From NCBI GenBank assembly GCA_963765895.1, contig CAVXZB010000084.1, positions 128,001 through 192,000 on the forward strand: 64,000 nucleotides of DNA, read 5' to 3'. Origin of the DNA: an uncultured Nitrososphaeraceae archaeon (lineage in GTDB: Archaea; Thermoproteota; Nitrososphaeria; Nitrososphaerales; Nitrososphaeraceae). Both the position numbers and the translations under genes were made by a program. Below, piece by piece: positions 1-10,699 of this stretch; the stretch's first letter is position 1; the number at the start of each line of letters is the position of its first letter. The notes beneath the pieces were generated by a model, which was not told where the DNA came from, ran no database searches, and saw nothing but the letters and a program-made list of their open reading frames with translations.

Positions 1-186
1 AGTGCGGATTACCCAACAAGGGAACTGCTTAACAAGCTGGGTGCTTACGGCTACGGGCATAAGCTTCTAGTGAGGGCAGAGCATATAGGATTAGTCCAAC
101 GTAAGGTAAACAAGAATAAAGTATTTAATAAACTGACACCCGATGGCAAGAAAGTTGTAGCCCTGGCTAAAAAGATAGGTGTATAA
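1..186 (+). CDS. 3' end of a winged-helix (MarR/ArsR-like) DNA-binding protein, truncated by the window edge
   Basis: Not in the ORF track. Frame 1 reads SADYPTRELLNKLGAYGYGHKLLVRAEHIGLVQRKVNKNKVFNKLTPDGKKVVALAKKIGV*. The GLV-x-R...LTPDG pattern is typical of a wHTH wing. Confidence 0.6.
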   Translation, partial: SADYPTRELLNKLGAYGYGHKLLVRAEHIGLVQRKVNKNKVFNKLTPDGKKVVALAKKIGV

Positions 187-551
187 GAGGATCGATTATT
201 TTTTCTAGTACTATTCCTGGTTAGAGCTGTTCTGAATCAAATTGTGACCTAACCTGAGGTATCTACAATTACGTTTGATAATGTCGCAAATCAAAATAAG
301 TGTAATAGATAGTAGGAAATACTTTATTATACTGCAACCTGTAATCGATCCATCTTCCAATATCGTAGTAACACAGATATCATCAGTACTCAAACTTTTT
401 CAATCCAATGGATACATAGATAGTCAAGGCTTTGTCTCTAGGGCTTATTTTATAAAATCATCGTGAATTGATAAAAGGTAGCTCGTTTAAGATATCTTGT
501 TAGATCCGGTTTTATATTGCTGGCTCGATAAGATCCTTATCACAGGATGGA

Positions 552-574
552 CACCGCTGCGTAACGCAGCGGTG
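552..574. repeat. Perfect GC-rich inverted repeat (11-bp arms, 1-nt centre)
   Basis: CACCGCTGCGT-A-ACGCAGCGGTG read directly from the sequence. Confidence 0.9.
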
Positions 575-579
575 ATTCG

Positions 580-1850
580 GTGGATTTTAAAAGTTTAAAA
601 GAGATAGTGACGAATAATCGTATAGAAGATTTGTCGGCACCTAATTGGGCATGTTCTTTTTGTGGAATGATTTCCGGCAGAAGGGAGAGTGTCATACGTC
701 ATATAAATAATCCCCGTATTCATTCAGGGCAAGCGCTAGCAGTTCCGTATATCGAATTCATTAGTAGATCTAAAAATGGAACACCAGTATCAAGTTCTGC
801 CTACGTGTACCGCTCAAGGATGAAGACTAATGGATCGCCATTGGTCGAGGAGACATTTTATGATAAGCTAGCAAAAAGAATCGAAGAAATAAATCTCGAA
901 AAGCTTGCTGAAAGGTTTACTAATACTGGAAGCACGTGGTTACATCAAGAGCAGTTACCATCAAGATTCCCGTTGGTCCCCAGAGATCCGTGTTAAAGCA
1001 AGTAACACACTATTTAGGGGAAAACATATTTGCCATTAGAGGACGCCTATGCCCCAAATGCATCACAATTGAGCCAAAAATTTACGGATTTGGATCGGCA
1101 ATTAATGCAAGTTTTTTATCTATACTTTACCCGATACATCCCGAATGTACTGATATACCTGCTATGTCATACTCAGAGAGGCATGAGAGTTTAAACCTTT
1201 TTGCAACAAAAGGCTTTCCTGAAATAGTAAGGGAATGGATAAGGAGTATTTGGTCATCGAACCCGCGTATGCGAATAATCGCATTGAAGGTTCCTGGATC
1301 AAAACATGGTCCTGATAAAAATGATGACGTTTCCAGTACAGAGGTGGCGCTAAACGGGTCTGGATATTCCTCAGGTCAACTCCACTGGTCAGCCGGCAGT
1401 TCTGTGACAGTGGTCTCCGACACAATTAGTGATAACGAGAATGATATGCTCATGGCGCTGAATCGGAAAGAGATAACCCTGCGTTACGATAACTCAGATT
1501 TTATCTACCTGCCAGACTGGATAGGATCACAGTCATCTCCACAGATACCTAATTTAGTTAATTCATTCGGAGAGGAAAATACAAGTAGAACAAGCATAAT
1601 TGAAAAAGCAATCGAATCTTCAGATATCATTATATATACCGAGTCGGAATTGCTTGAATTCTTAGGGGTCACCAAATTCGGAACATTTGGGTTTTTTCGA
1701 ATTGGACCAACATCTGCAATGTCGAAATCTCTACCCATTGAAGATTCAGAAGATGGGTACTTGCTGTTACTGACTCCAGAAGAGTTTGGTGTTAACAGGA
1801 AATTTAGCATTACTCAGACAAGCAGTCCGTCACTCAAGAGGAATCCTTGA
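580..1850 (+). CDS. Hypothetical protein with N-terminal C2H2-type zinc finger; probably one gene split by a frameshift (580..996 + 936..1850)
   Basis: WACSFCGMISGRRESVIRHINNPRIH gives C-x2-C-x12-H-x6-H. The overlapping ORF carries CPKC...HPEC. The two ORFs overlap by 61 nt in the -1 frame around a CCCC run. Confidence 0.5.
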
Positions 1851-2213
1851 ATAGTGGCATCCTAGGAAGAGCAGAAAGGGGTAGTTTTATGCAAAACATG
1901 ATCCTCATGCCATTGCATTCCAAAGCAACGTAGATTAGTATTGTAATGTTCCAATCTAGCAGTTAAAAGCGAACTCCTGTATTCCAATAACGAGTCAATA
2001 TGCTATAGATAGTCATCCATTAGTTTGCCATTCTGTGGATAAGGCATAGTACTAACTGACATTAACTTTCTAATGAATACAATTTATTTGACTGTTAATA
2101 AAATGATACCACCAATTGACATCCTCCTGATTCTGTGATCTAGTTAGGGATCATTGAGTAGCAACTTCCAATATCTATAAATTGGACGCATTAGGCAGTT
2201 TCATTTGTAGCTT

Positions 2214-2783
2214 TTGAGAGCAGCCGAAGACATAAAATACCCCCGTAAATGGTTTAGGATACTTCAGGTCGTTGTAGGTGTTATTTGTATTATATTATCT
2301 GGTATCATAATAGCAAAATCATCTTCTTTTGGAGAGTATGCAATAGTACTCTTTGCACTAATCGCTTTGATGATTATCGGTATAGAACGAATAGTTGCAG
2401 GAATACGATCGAAGGGGCTAAAAAGATCATCGAGAATTATTAATATTGCGATAGGAGCTGGAATAGTAGGCTACTTAATACCAGGAATTATAGTTCCCGA
2501 TTTTGCCATAAAATACATTGTACTTATTCTTGGTTTTGGGCTACTGGCTAATGGCGCTGTGAGAATCTTAGATGGAGTAAGAAATCTCGAATATGAAAGC
2601 CGCACAAGGATGTTGCGGATTGGTATAGGCTCGTTGAGCGCAATTATAGGTATAGTTGTCCTTGCAAGCCCAAGAGCTGGATTTATCATTTTATTACTTA
2701 TGGTATCTGTTGCTTTGTTACTCACCGGTATAGAGCTTGTAGTAGTGGGAAGTACAGGAAGAAGAATCAGAACTCCTCTTTAA
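2214..2783 (+). CDS. HdeD/DUF308-family membrane protein
   Basis: Six hydrophobic helices in two repeats, with IGIERIVAG, NGAVRILDG and TGIELVVVG motifs. Confidence 0.75.
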   Translation: MRAAEDIKYPRKWFRILQVVVGVICIILSGIIIAKSSSFGEYAIVLFALIALMIIGIERIVAGIRSKGLKRSSRIINIAIGAGIVGYLIPGIIVPDFAIKYIVLILGFGLLANGAVRILDGVRNLEYESRTRMLRIGIGSLSAIIGIVVLASPRAGFIILLLMVSVALLLTGIELVVVGSTGRRIRTPL

Positions 2784-3062
2784 CACGCGAGCTGCCTTAG
2801 CTATAACCTTTCGTTTTTCTGATGATTACCGTTTTAGTAGCAGTGATAGTAATAGTGGAGGAAACTATGCAGTTTAGAATGATTCGTGTTTGGAAAATGT
2901 TGATAATGAACAATTATTTTAAAGAATTTAACTAATTTCGCACTAATTTAAGAATAATACGCCAGGCAGTAAGGTTGAAAACTCGTTTGAACGTGTGGTC
3001 GAAAAGACAGTAAATAAATAAATAAATAGGTAATTCTAAGAAAAACCAAGTGAGATATAACT

Positions 3063-4798
3063 TTGACTGATTTCGAAGACGAATTGCTTATCGATACTGC
3101 AAGGGGCTTTTCTAAAGACGGTAAATGGTTTAAGGATTCACACAATAGATATCTCCTGTTTCGAGGTGTGAACTTTGGCTCCCGCAGTAAGCTGCCTCCC
3201 TACTTACCGATTGCACGGCTTGAGACTAATCAGATAAATCTGGAAGAACTAAAGCAAGAAATAGAGTCTGTCAGGTACCTGACTTGGATCGATTGAAGGA
3301 ATGGGGGTTTAATATCGTGAGACTCTTGGTATCTTGGAAAGCACTTGAACCCTATCCCAACAAGAATCTAGAGGATATTGAAGGAGAGGGTAAACAGTAT
3401 CTCGTTCTAATAAAAGAGATCATTGATTCACTATACAGCCGTGGGATATATGTAATACTGGACTTTCATCAAGATATAGCTCATGAAATTTATGGAGGGG
3501 ACGGATTTCCTGACTGGGCTTTGGCAGTAGACGGTAAAAATAAGCTTCCAAAACCTTCTAACCTGCGTGATAAGAAATGGCAAATGGCCTACATGATCAA
3601 CAAGTCTGTAAGACACACTTTAAAATCATTTTGGCAAAATGATTTGACGAATGATGTGGCAGGCATAAAGAATTTTCCAGTTAGAACACATCTTGAAAAG
3701 ACTATTGGTCAGACAGTTAAATTCTTCAAGACAATAAACAATAATGAAGGTCATCCAGCAATTTTAGGGATAGAACCATTCAACGAACCTCATCCAGTCG
3801 GTATTGACCCGGAAAAGTTCGAGCAGGAGTTCCTATATAAGTACTATCTAAGTATAGAATCGGAAGTACGTTCTTACGACGATCGTTTATTTGTGTTCAT
3901 GGAGCCTAGGGTCGACTGGACTGTTTCGGAAGCAAGTAATAGCAAATCACTTATGGGAAAATCAATCTTTAGTGCTAAACGTACGTTCAATCTAGGGTTC
4001 ATAAGAAATGTTATGGTTGATGGCAAGATAGAACATAAGGAAATCCGAACAAACCTGCCTTCAGAGAGAGGATTGCTAAAAAATATCTCTCCCAAAGGCG
4101 TTTTATCCTTCCATTATTACGATGTTATGGCTATCGCAGGTTCCTACCTGAAGATACCCGAGAACTTGGCTAGGATTAAAAGACTTTGGCCAGACATCTT
4201 CGCTCAACTAGTAGAGGCAGCAGAAGAGCGCGACTTTGTTCCATTCCTAACTGAGTTTGGGGGTCTTCAAGATGCCGAACAAATTCGAGACTATCTTGAT
4301 ATAAATTTCAATCAGATTGAATCATTCTTGCTGAATTCAACTTTGTGGAATTACGATCTATATAATACCCAGGAAGGAAAGGATAACTGGAATTTGGAGA
4401 ACTACTCCATTTTGGGTCCAGGTCGTAATCCAAGGAACATTGATGTTGTGGTACGTCCCTATCCAATGCGCAGCTCTGCAGAACCAATAGTGCTATTTTT
4501 TGATCACAAGTCCAAGTATTCGGCGTTGATATTGAAGGGTGAACCACTACAGTCGTATCCTACCGTCATTTACGTTCCGTCTCATATACACTACTCTCCA
4601 GAATTTGCGGCATGGGCAACGAGTAAGAGAGTGAGATGGAATAAGGAGAATCAGTTGCTCTATTGGTATCCTGATAGGGATCAAAGATTAAATCAACTCA
4701 TATTGGGAAAACCTGGGGAGCTAAATGAAGAGAATCTACCCAACAAATCAAAGTCGTTACTAAGCAACACCGTACTTGTAGGTACCTTCTCGGGATAA
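3063..4798 (+). CDS. Glycoside hydrolase family 5, endoglycoceramidase-like; split by a frameshift near 3275
   Basis: LFRGVN, GFNIVRLLVSWKALEP, GIYVILDFHQD, GDGFPDWA, catalytic acid/base PFNEP, nucleophile LTEFG, and VRPYP leading into a C-terminal beta domain. Confidence 0.85.
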
Positions 4799-4877
4799 CA
4801 TTAGTCGTATTTTTGCTATATCTTCAAATTAGATATAGGATCGAAAATGTAGTGTGGAGTTTCACGACTTGGGATCG

Positions 4878-5186
4878 TTATGACCCTACTCTTTTCATCT
4901 TTGAACCACATCTTGGACATGCAGCTTGGTTATGTTTTGTTCCGCAGCTCATACAATAATAGCTCAGAGAACTACCACTACCATACCCACCAAACATCGA
5001 AGAACCAGATAAGCCCATCTTTTTCAATGCCCTTTTTCTCATGTAAAAACTAAGTAGTATGAATACTGCAATAATGATTGGCAAAGAGAATGGAAATGGT
5101 ATAAATAGCGATATAGCAAGACTGATTCCGAGTGATATTGCTATCCACAATAATTGTTGTGAAAGAAAGTCTCTATTGCTACTCAA
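4878..5186 (-). CDS. Small membrane protein with C-terminal zinc ribbon
   Basis: Two N-terminal TM helices, then CMSCG...CPRCG. Confidence 0.75.
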   Translation of the reverse strand: MSSNRDFLSQQLLWIAISLGISLAISLFIPFPFSLPIIIAVFILLSFYMRKRALKKMGLSGSSMFGGYGSGSSLSYYCMSCGTKHNQAACPRCGSKMKRVGS

Positions 5187-5446
5187 TCAATCGATCACTC
5201 ATATATTCATTATTACTATATTAAATACTATCCTTTTTGATGATTTATATATAGTGAAAGAACTATATAATAAATTAGAATTTGGATACCTCTAACAACA
5301 ATTTTTGAACTATCATGAAAGTATTACTATACTCGAAGCAAATGTATACTGATCCTATTCGGCGCACAATCAACTTTTAACAGCCATCACATTTAAATTG
5401 GATTTCATAGTAAGAAGTATTACATCGACCAAACCGATGGGGAACA

Positions 5447-5484
5447 TGACTGGACAGTGCTGCTACGGTGGCATTGTCCAGTCA
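5447..5484 (+). ncRNA. Candidate structured RNA hairpin (17-bp stem, cUACGg tetraloop)
   Basis: TGACTGGACAGTGCTGC-TACG-GTGGCATTGTCCAGTCA pairs fully on the + strand using three G-U wobbles. Confidence 0.45.
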
Positions 5485-5606
5485 AATTTATTTATAGTTT
5501 ATTTCAAAAGATAGAAATAATGAGGAAAATTCAATAATCTCAAAAACTATCTCAAATTGAAGTCTGACTCAGGCTCGTCCTTTGCTGGACAGAATTCTTG
5601 TTATTA

Positions 5607-6005
5607 TCACACTAGACGTATCTCCAACTCATCATAGGCATCCTTGACCGCCAACTGAAAGAGGGTATCCTCATAGACTAGGAGCCAGTCTCTAATTCCT
5701 AAAATTGGCAATTTTCTCAATAACAAGCGTCCATTATCCTTAATTGTCGTCTGCAAATATGCGAAATGGAACTTCTTCAATCTTGGAATGTTAAATAATG
5801 TTTCCTGAAGTTCAATCCCTCCTGTACCACCCTGAATATTCATCCCAATTTTATCTCCGAATCTATTTTCAATCTTCGCTGTCACATAACTCTGCCCAAT
5901 ATTAAAAGAATCAATATTCAGCATTACCTTAGAACTAGCCACATTACTTTGTGGTAACTCTTGAAATAATTTTTGAGATATTTCATCTAAGAATAATACT
6001 GACAT
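5607..6005 (-). CDS. Hypothetical protein
   Basis: 132-aa ORF with ATG start and globular composition, preceded by AT-rich promoter-like sequence. Confidence 0.7.
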   Translation of the reverse strand: MSVLFLDEISQKLFQELPQSNVASSKVMLNIDSFNIGQSYVTAKIENRFGDKIGMNIQGGTGGIELQETLFNIPRLKKFHFAYLQTTIKDNGRLLLRKLPILGIRDWLLVYEDTLFQLAVKDAYDELEIRLV

Positions 6006-6323
6006 TGACGATCATCCCATTGAAGTCGATCGTCCATTATGAATATATCGGCAGTCTTGATCGTTAATAAAGCCAGGCCGCATAGGTACGTTAAACTTAT
6101 AATCATCAATGAGATAAGGTTGGTAATTTATACCCATATAGATCCTAATTCATATTCAATATTCTACTTTTCCAACCTCGTTATACGTATACTGACTCCC
6201 AGATTCCCATTCTAGAATAAATACTCACAATATTCCATGCTGAATCAAAGATGAGCAAAAGATACAAAACATTCTGCTCTATGCAAAGCCAAATCAAAAA
6301 GGGAGTCTGTCGATTGGCGAGTT

Positions 6324-8293
6324 CTAAATTTTATATGCGGATTTAAATCTACGAGTAAAGAAAATTGCAAATGCGAATAAACCGCTTATCAAGAGTGCTG
6401 ACCCAGTAAATGATGGAAATTCTGGAACTACCACATACCCTCTAGCAATTCCATTTCTAGATAAATCTGGTACAGCTTGTCCTGTTCTTTGTAAGGCCTT
6501 GATCTTTATCTCTAATTGATACACATCCTTTGCAGGAAATGTAACAGTCTGTGTACCCAGTCCATTTTTGGCTACAAGATTTTCTTTCTTTACTGCAGTT
6601 GTGCCATTTTTATCAAGTATCATTAGATCATACTTTACATCTGCATTTAGCGGACCTGAGGTCATGGCATCACTGAACTGGGCTTTTACATTTGATTCCT
6701 TTGCTGGTGCAAGCGGATTAGGTGACCAAGTAACTATTACGTGAATTGCTCCTGTATCCGTGGCAAGATCTGAAGATGTTTGAGCAGAAGCAAGGATGAT
6801 GTTGGGGTTTTTTTATTGGATTCAGCGTTGCTCATTAGGGCAAATGTCATTACACCTAGGTCTGATGCTTTTTGTCTATTGTGAGAGATAATAGAACTAG
6901 TAAGGGTATTCTTATTATTATTATTGCTAGTATTGTTAGAATTATTATTGTTAGTATTGTTAGAGTTATTAGTATTAGTATTAGTAATGCTGCTAGCATT
7001 AGCGGCAACCAGAATAAGTTTTGGCCTGGCTACATTCTGATCGTAAAGATTGGTATCCTTATTCTTAAAAATACCTAGAATATCGTTGTCATTATAAGCT
7101 GTCTTGCTTACAGTTGAAGACGGAGAGCCTGCTCTTGTCTTCGTTGTTAATGTTGTTGGTGCTGTTGTTGTCTTGTTATTAGTACTAGTAGTATTACTAG
7201 CAGAGGAAGAGGAAGAAGAGGAGCTATTCGTAGCAGTTGCAGCATTAGTAATATTATTTCCTTGTTGCTGCTGTTGTTCTGGATGATATTGTTGTAATTG
7301 CTTTTGTCTTGCCTCTGCTATCTTTATGATATCATCCTTATTTATCAAATAATGCAGGACCAGTGCATTTGGATAAGAGAATGGATCTATGGCCAATGAT
7401 CTTCCTGTTATAGGAATACCATTAACTGTAGCATTGAAAGAACCTGCAAAACCACTGCCCACAAAGTTCTTCCAGGATTTTGGCAACCTGAGCTCTTCAT
7501 GTACAAATATGTTCTGTTTCTGAATTCTCGACAAATTCCAGTCAAAGGGCATCTGCCAGGTTATATTCTTTGTATTAGGATCGAATTTGAAGTTGTGAAC
7601 TCTGTCGTAGTAAGAGATAAGTGTAGTATTATATTTTTGACCATTGCTAGGATCTGCTATGTTGTTACGAAAAACATCTCCTACGCTAAGATAAGAATCA
7701 AATTTTGGTGCTTGATCAGGTATGAAGAGGTTTCTATCGTTATCAATTCCAAAGATTTCTATGTGAATATGATATAGTCCTCCGGCATTTAGAACTGGAC
7801 CTCTTAGGCTTATCGAACCACCTGGATCGGCCACCCAGGCATTTTGAAATGGATCTCTTTCGCCATTAATTGTAACTTGTCCTCCGGTAGTGTTGATAGG
7901 CTCTATTTTTAGAGTTAATAAACCATTGTGAGCATGAAAAAAGTCCCTCAAAATTGGTTTGGTTCCTGGTGCCGCTTGAGCAGTGCCTTTAGTAACAGTA
8001 ATATCATAAGTAACGTGTTGGATAGTTTCGTTAGTATTTGCATCAAATAGCCGCATTTGCAGATATGTATTACCTTTGGTATCAGTTGTTAGTATAGGAG
8101 GACTTACCTTCACAAAGAGACTTGCTTTTCTATTACCAACAGTAGCAGGAGGAAGATTTTCCTGAGTCAAACCATCAGCATACGCTTTCTGGTTAAGGAA
8201 ATATTCAGATACAAATAAAGTGGTTGAAAATAAGAGCGCTATAAAAAATAGGGCAGTAAAAATCGAAACATAAGCGTTTGAAAGACTAAACAA
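6324..8293 (-). CDS. Secreted surface protein with PEF(G)-CTERM sorting signal and a low-complexity Q/S/T/N insert; split by a frameshift near 6790
   Basis: N-terminal signal/TM helix. C-terminus VVVPEFPSFTGSALLISGLFAFAIFFTRRFK has PEF + TM helix + basic tail. The shifted frame reads QTSSDLATDTGAIHVIVTWSPNP straight into the 6324..6665 ORF. Confidence 0.8.
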
Positions 8294-8470
8294 TAATACT
8301 AGCTGTTTCTTCTTCCATATTTATTCATTATTCAATTCTAGGTCAACTTCATATAGTTAGCAACTCGATTGTATATACGCAAATCATTTAAGCCACTCTG
8401 CGTGAGACTGTAAAAAAGAATAGAATATAAGGCTTTAATATTCTGGAAAATCAAGAAGCGAGAATTCAGA

Positions 8471-9448
8471 TTGGAGATAAATTTCCATGGGGCGCTAAAT
8501 ACGATAAGTAATAATGGCCTAAAATGGATAGATTTACCCAGGCCTACTCGTGAGGATATGGGATACCTGGAAAAAGATTTCTCCTTTTCCGATCTAAACC
8601 TAGAGGACTCGCTTTCTAAAACACAACTCCCGAAAATTGACAGATATAAAGATCATATGTTTATCATATTACATTTTCCAACCAAAGACAAGGAAAAGAA
8701 TATGCCAAAGGTTAGCCAATTATCCATCTTTCTTGGTACCGATTATTTAGTTACAATTCATCAAGGTGAATTAGAACCGCTTATCGAGTTGTTTCAAGTG
8801 TGCTCAAAAGATGCAAAACAGCGCGATAGTCTAATGGGCAAAACCTCTGGCTATTTACTACACACGATAATAGACGTTTTGGTTGATGACCTTTTTCACA
8901 TTCTTATGAAGATCGTGGGAAATTTGGATGATATTGAAGAGGCAGTCTTCGACGCAAAAATATCCGAAGCAAGAGAAATTTCGGTTCTGAGACGGGAGAT
9001 TACTATCTTGAGACGGATAGTGATGCCTCTGAGAAGGGTCGTCAGTGAATTGGCAAAAGATGTTCAACAATTTTCCAACGAAGATCTCACACGATACTTC
9101 TACGATGTAAAGGATCATATAGATAAGGTGCTTGAGACATTGGATGGATCCAGAGAAACCATAGAGATCTACAAGGACACCGACTTCATGCTAAGCAGCG
9201 AGAAATCCAACAAAATTTTGTCCGTACTTACAATTCTATTTACGTTATCCATCCCAGTTACTGTAATCAGTACATTCTACGGAATGAATGTACATATTCC
9301 AGGCGATAACCAGACGGGGACTTACACCTTCTTGGGTCCTTATAGCACTTTTTTCATTCTCCTGGCCGCCACGATAATATCGACTGCTATAATGCTTCTA
9401 TATTTCAGACACGTTGGATGGATAGGAGTTTCATACAACCGATGTTAA
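8471..9448 (+). CDS. corA: CorA-family Mg2+/Co2+ transporter
   Basis: WIDL near the N-terminus, LVTIH, the FYGMN signature, and two C-terminal TM helices. Confidence 0.92.
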   Translation: MEINFHGALNTISNNGLKWIDLPRPTREDMGYLEKDFSFSDLNLEDSLSKTQLPKIDRYKDHMFIILHFPTKDKEKNMPKVSQLSIFLGTDYLVTIHQGELEPLIELFQVCSKDAKQRDSLMGKTSGYLLHTIIDVLVDDLFHILMKIVGNLDDIEEAVFDAKISEAREISVLRREITILRRIVMPLRRVVSELAKDVQQFSNEDLTRYFYDVKDHIDKVLETLDGSRETIEIYKDTDFMLSSEKSNKILSVLTILFTLSIPVTVISTFYGMNVHIPGDNQTGTYTFLGPYSTFFILLAATIISTAIMLLYFRHVGWIGVSYNRC

Positions 9449-9666
9449 CTCAGCAATATTTCTATCGACTGATAGTATGACATTAATGAGTAAGGATTTC
9501 CAAGAGAAAAATATTGACTATCCTGTCTTATGTCCCAGCCACCTATAAATTGTACATTGCTATAAGATGTATTTTACTAGATTAGTGGATTTAGTATTCA
9601 TATTGTTCTAATTTGGATATAGTAAATCTTTCTGGGAAGCTTGACCTCGTTGATGGTAATCAAAGA

Positions 9667-10567
9667 CTAATTAGGCCATGTAGAAATCATCACAAAAATG
9701 ACAATATTCGTTAGCCTGTGCATGTTATAGGCTATGCATCTGAATGATAGTTCCCTGTTCTGTGTTTTTACTAGCCTTGAAGAAATATATTCTCCAAATA
9801 GTCGTTTTATGACAGACATTATGGTCTCATCCTTGTTTCGTTGATTGTACAATAGTTCGTTATATCCACGTTTCATCTGCTTTCTATATCTGCCATGTGT
9901 TCTCCATATCGGTACATGTTCATATCGAGCTGGAATAACACTGAATGCATGCAAGGTTTCTCTTACCAACTGATGATTATCTTCATTATCATATCCCTTA
10001 TCAGCTGTAACTACGGATAATGGTAGAATTTCAGCTATTCTTGTTATGATTGGCTTGAAATCTACATTATCATGTCTTGTAGGAGCTCGTCTTATCCTTA
10101 TGTTGCAGATAATCTGTTGTAATACATCGACTCCAATAGATAATTTCGCATATTTTCTTCTCAATTCTGTTCGATCAGTATAATATTGTGATGCATGAGT
10201 TATCTTAAATCCTGTTGAATCTATTCCTGCAAAGATATGCTTGGTACCACTAATTACAATGAATGACGAAATTATCTTCTCAAGCAGTGAATTGCTAATT
10301 CTGTCTGTCTGTAAACTTTTGCAATGTTGTAAAATGAGGAATACGTGACAATCGTAGGTACGATCTAAGGTAATATGCCTCGACTAACCACTCGACAAAC
10401 ATCCTATAACTCTTACCTTCGTACTGTCTTATTGTAAGTAATACTAAATGCTGCCATATCATAAATGCATGATTGCTCTTTCTGTGAAGAAACAATGGTA
10501 TCCTTGAATTTCTCAAGACACGGTACATAGTATTAGCCAGCCTAACATATCTTGATTCTTTCAACAT
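9667..10567 (-). pseudogene. IS5-family DDE transposase, frameshifted by an extra 4-bp repeat unit at about 10301-10312
   Basis: After removing one CTGT unit, the frame gives IDSTG, ADKGYD and YNQRNKDETIMSVIKRLFG (D, D, E). Confidence 0.85.
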
Positions 10568-10629
10568 CCATATTGGATCATACGTCTAGAAAGCTCTAAC
10601 GGTATTCAGAACATGGTTTCTACAGAGCC
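9674..10629 (-). mobile_element. IS5-family insertion sequence (IS903-like ends), 956 bp
   Basis: 17-bp imperfect TIRs: GGCCATGTAGAAATCAT (9674-9690) and GGCTCTGTAGAAACCAT (reverse complement of 10613-10629), 14/17 identical. 9-bp direct repeat GACTAATTA at 9665-9673 and 10630-10638. Confidence 0.92.
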
Positions 10630-10699
10630 GACTAATTAGAATCCCTTACATACTATATTTCTATAAGTGAAGTTTTCATGCGTGAAACCAACATAGGGA

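Noticed and set aside
211-466. Overlapping 60-63 aa ORFs on opposite strands
   Set aside because: AT-rich with no motifs; probably spurious.
6900-7000. Repetitive ATT/AGT tract resembling a repeat array or CRISPR
   Set aside because: It is triplet low-complexity coding sequence (Asn/Thr/Ser) with no constant repeat plus unique spacers. No CRISPR array or cas gene was seen anywhere in the window.
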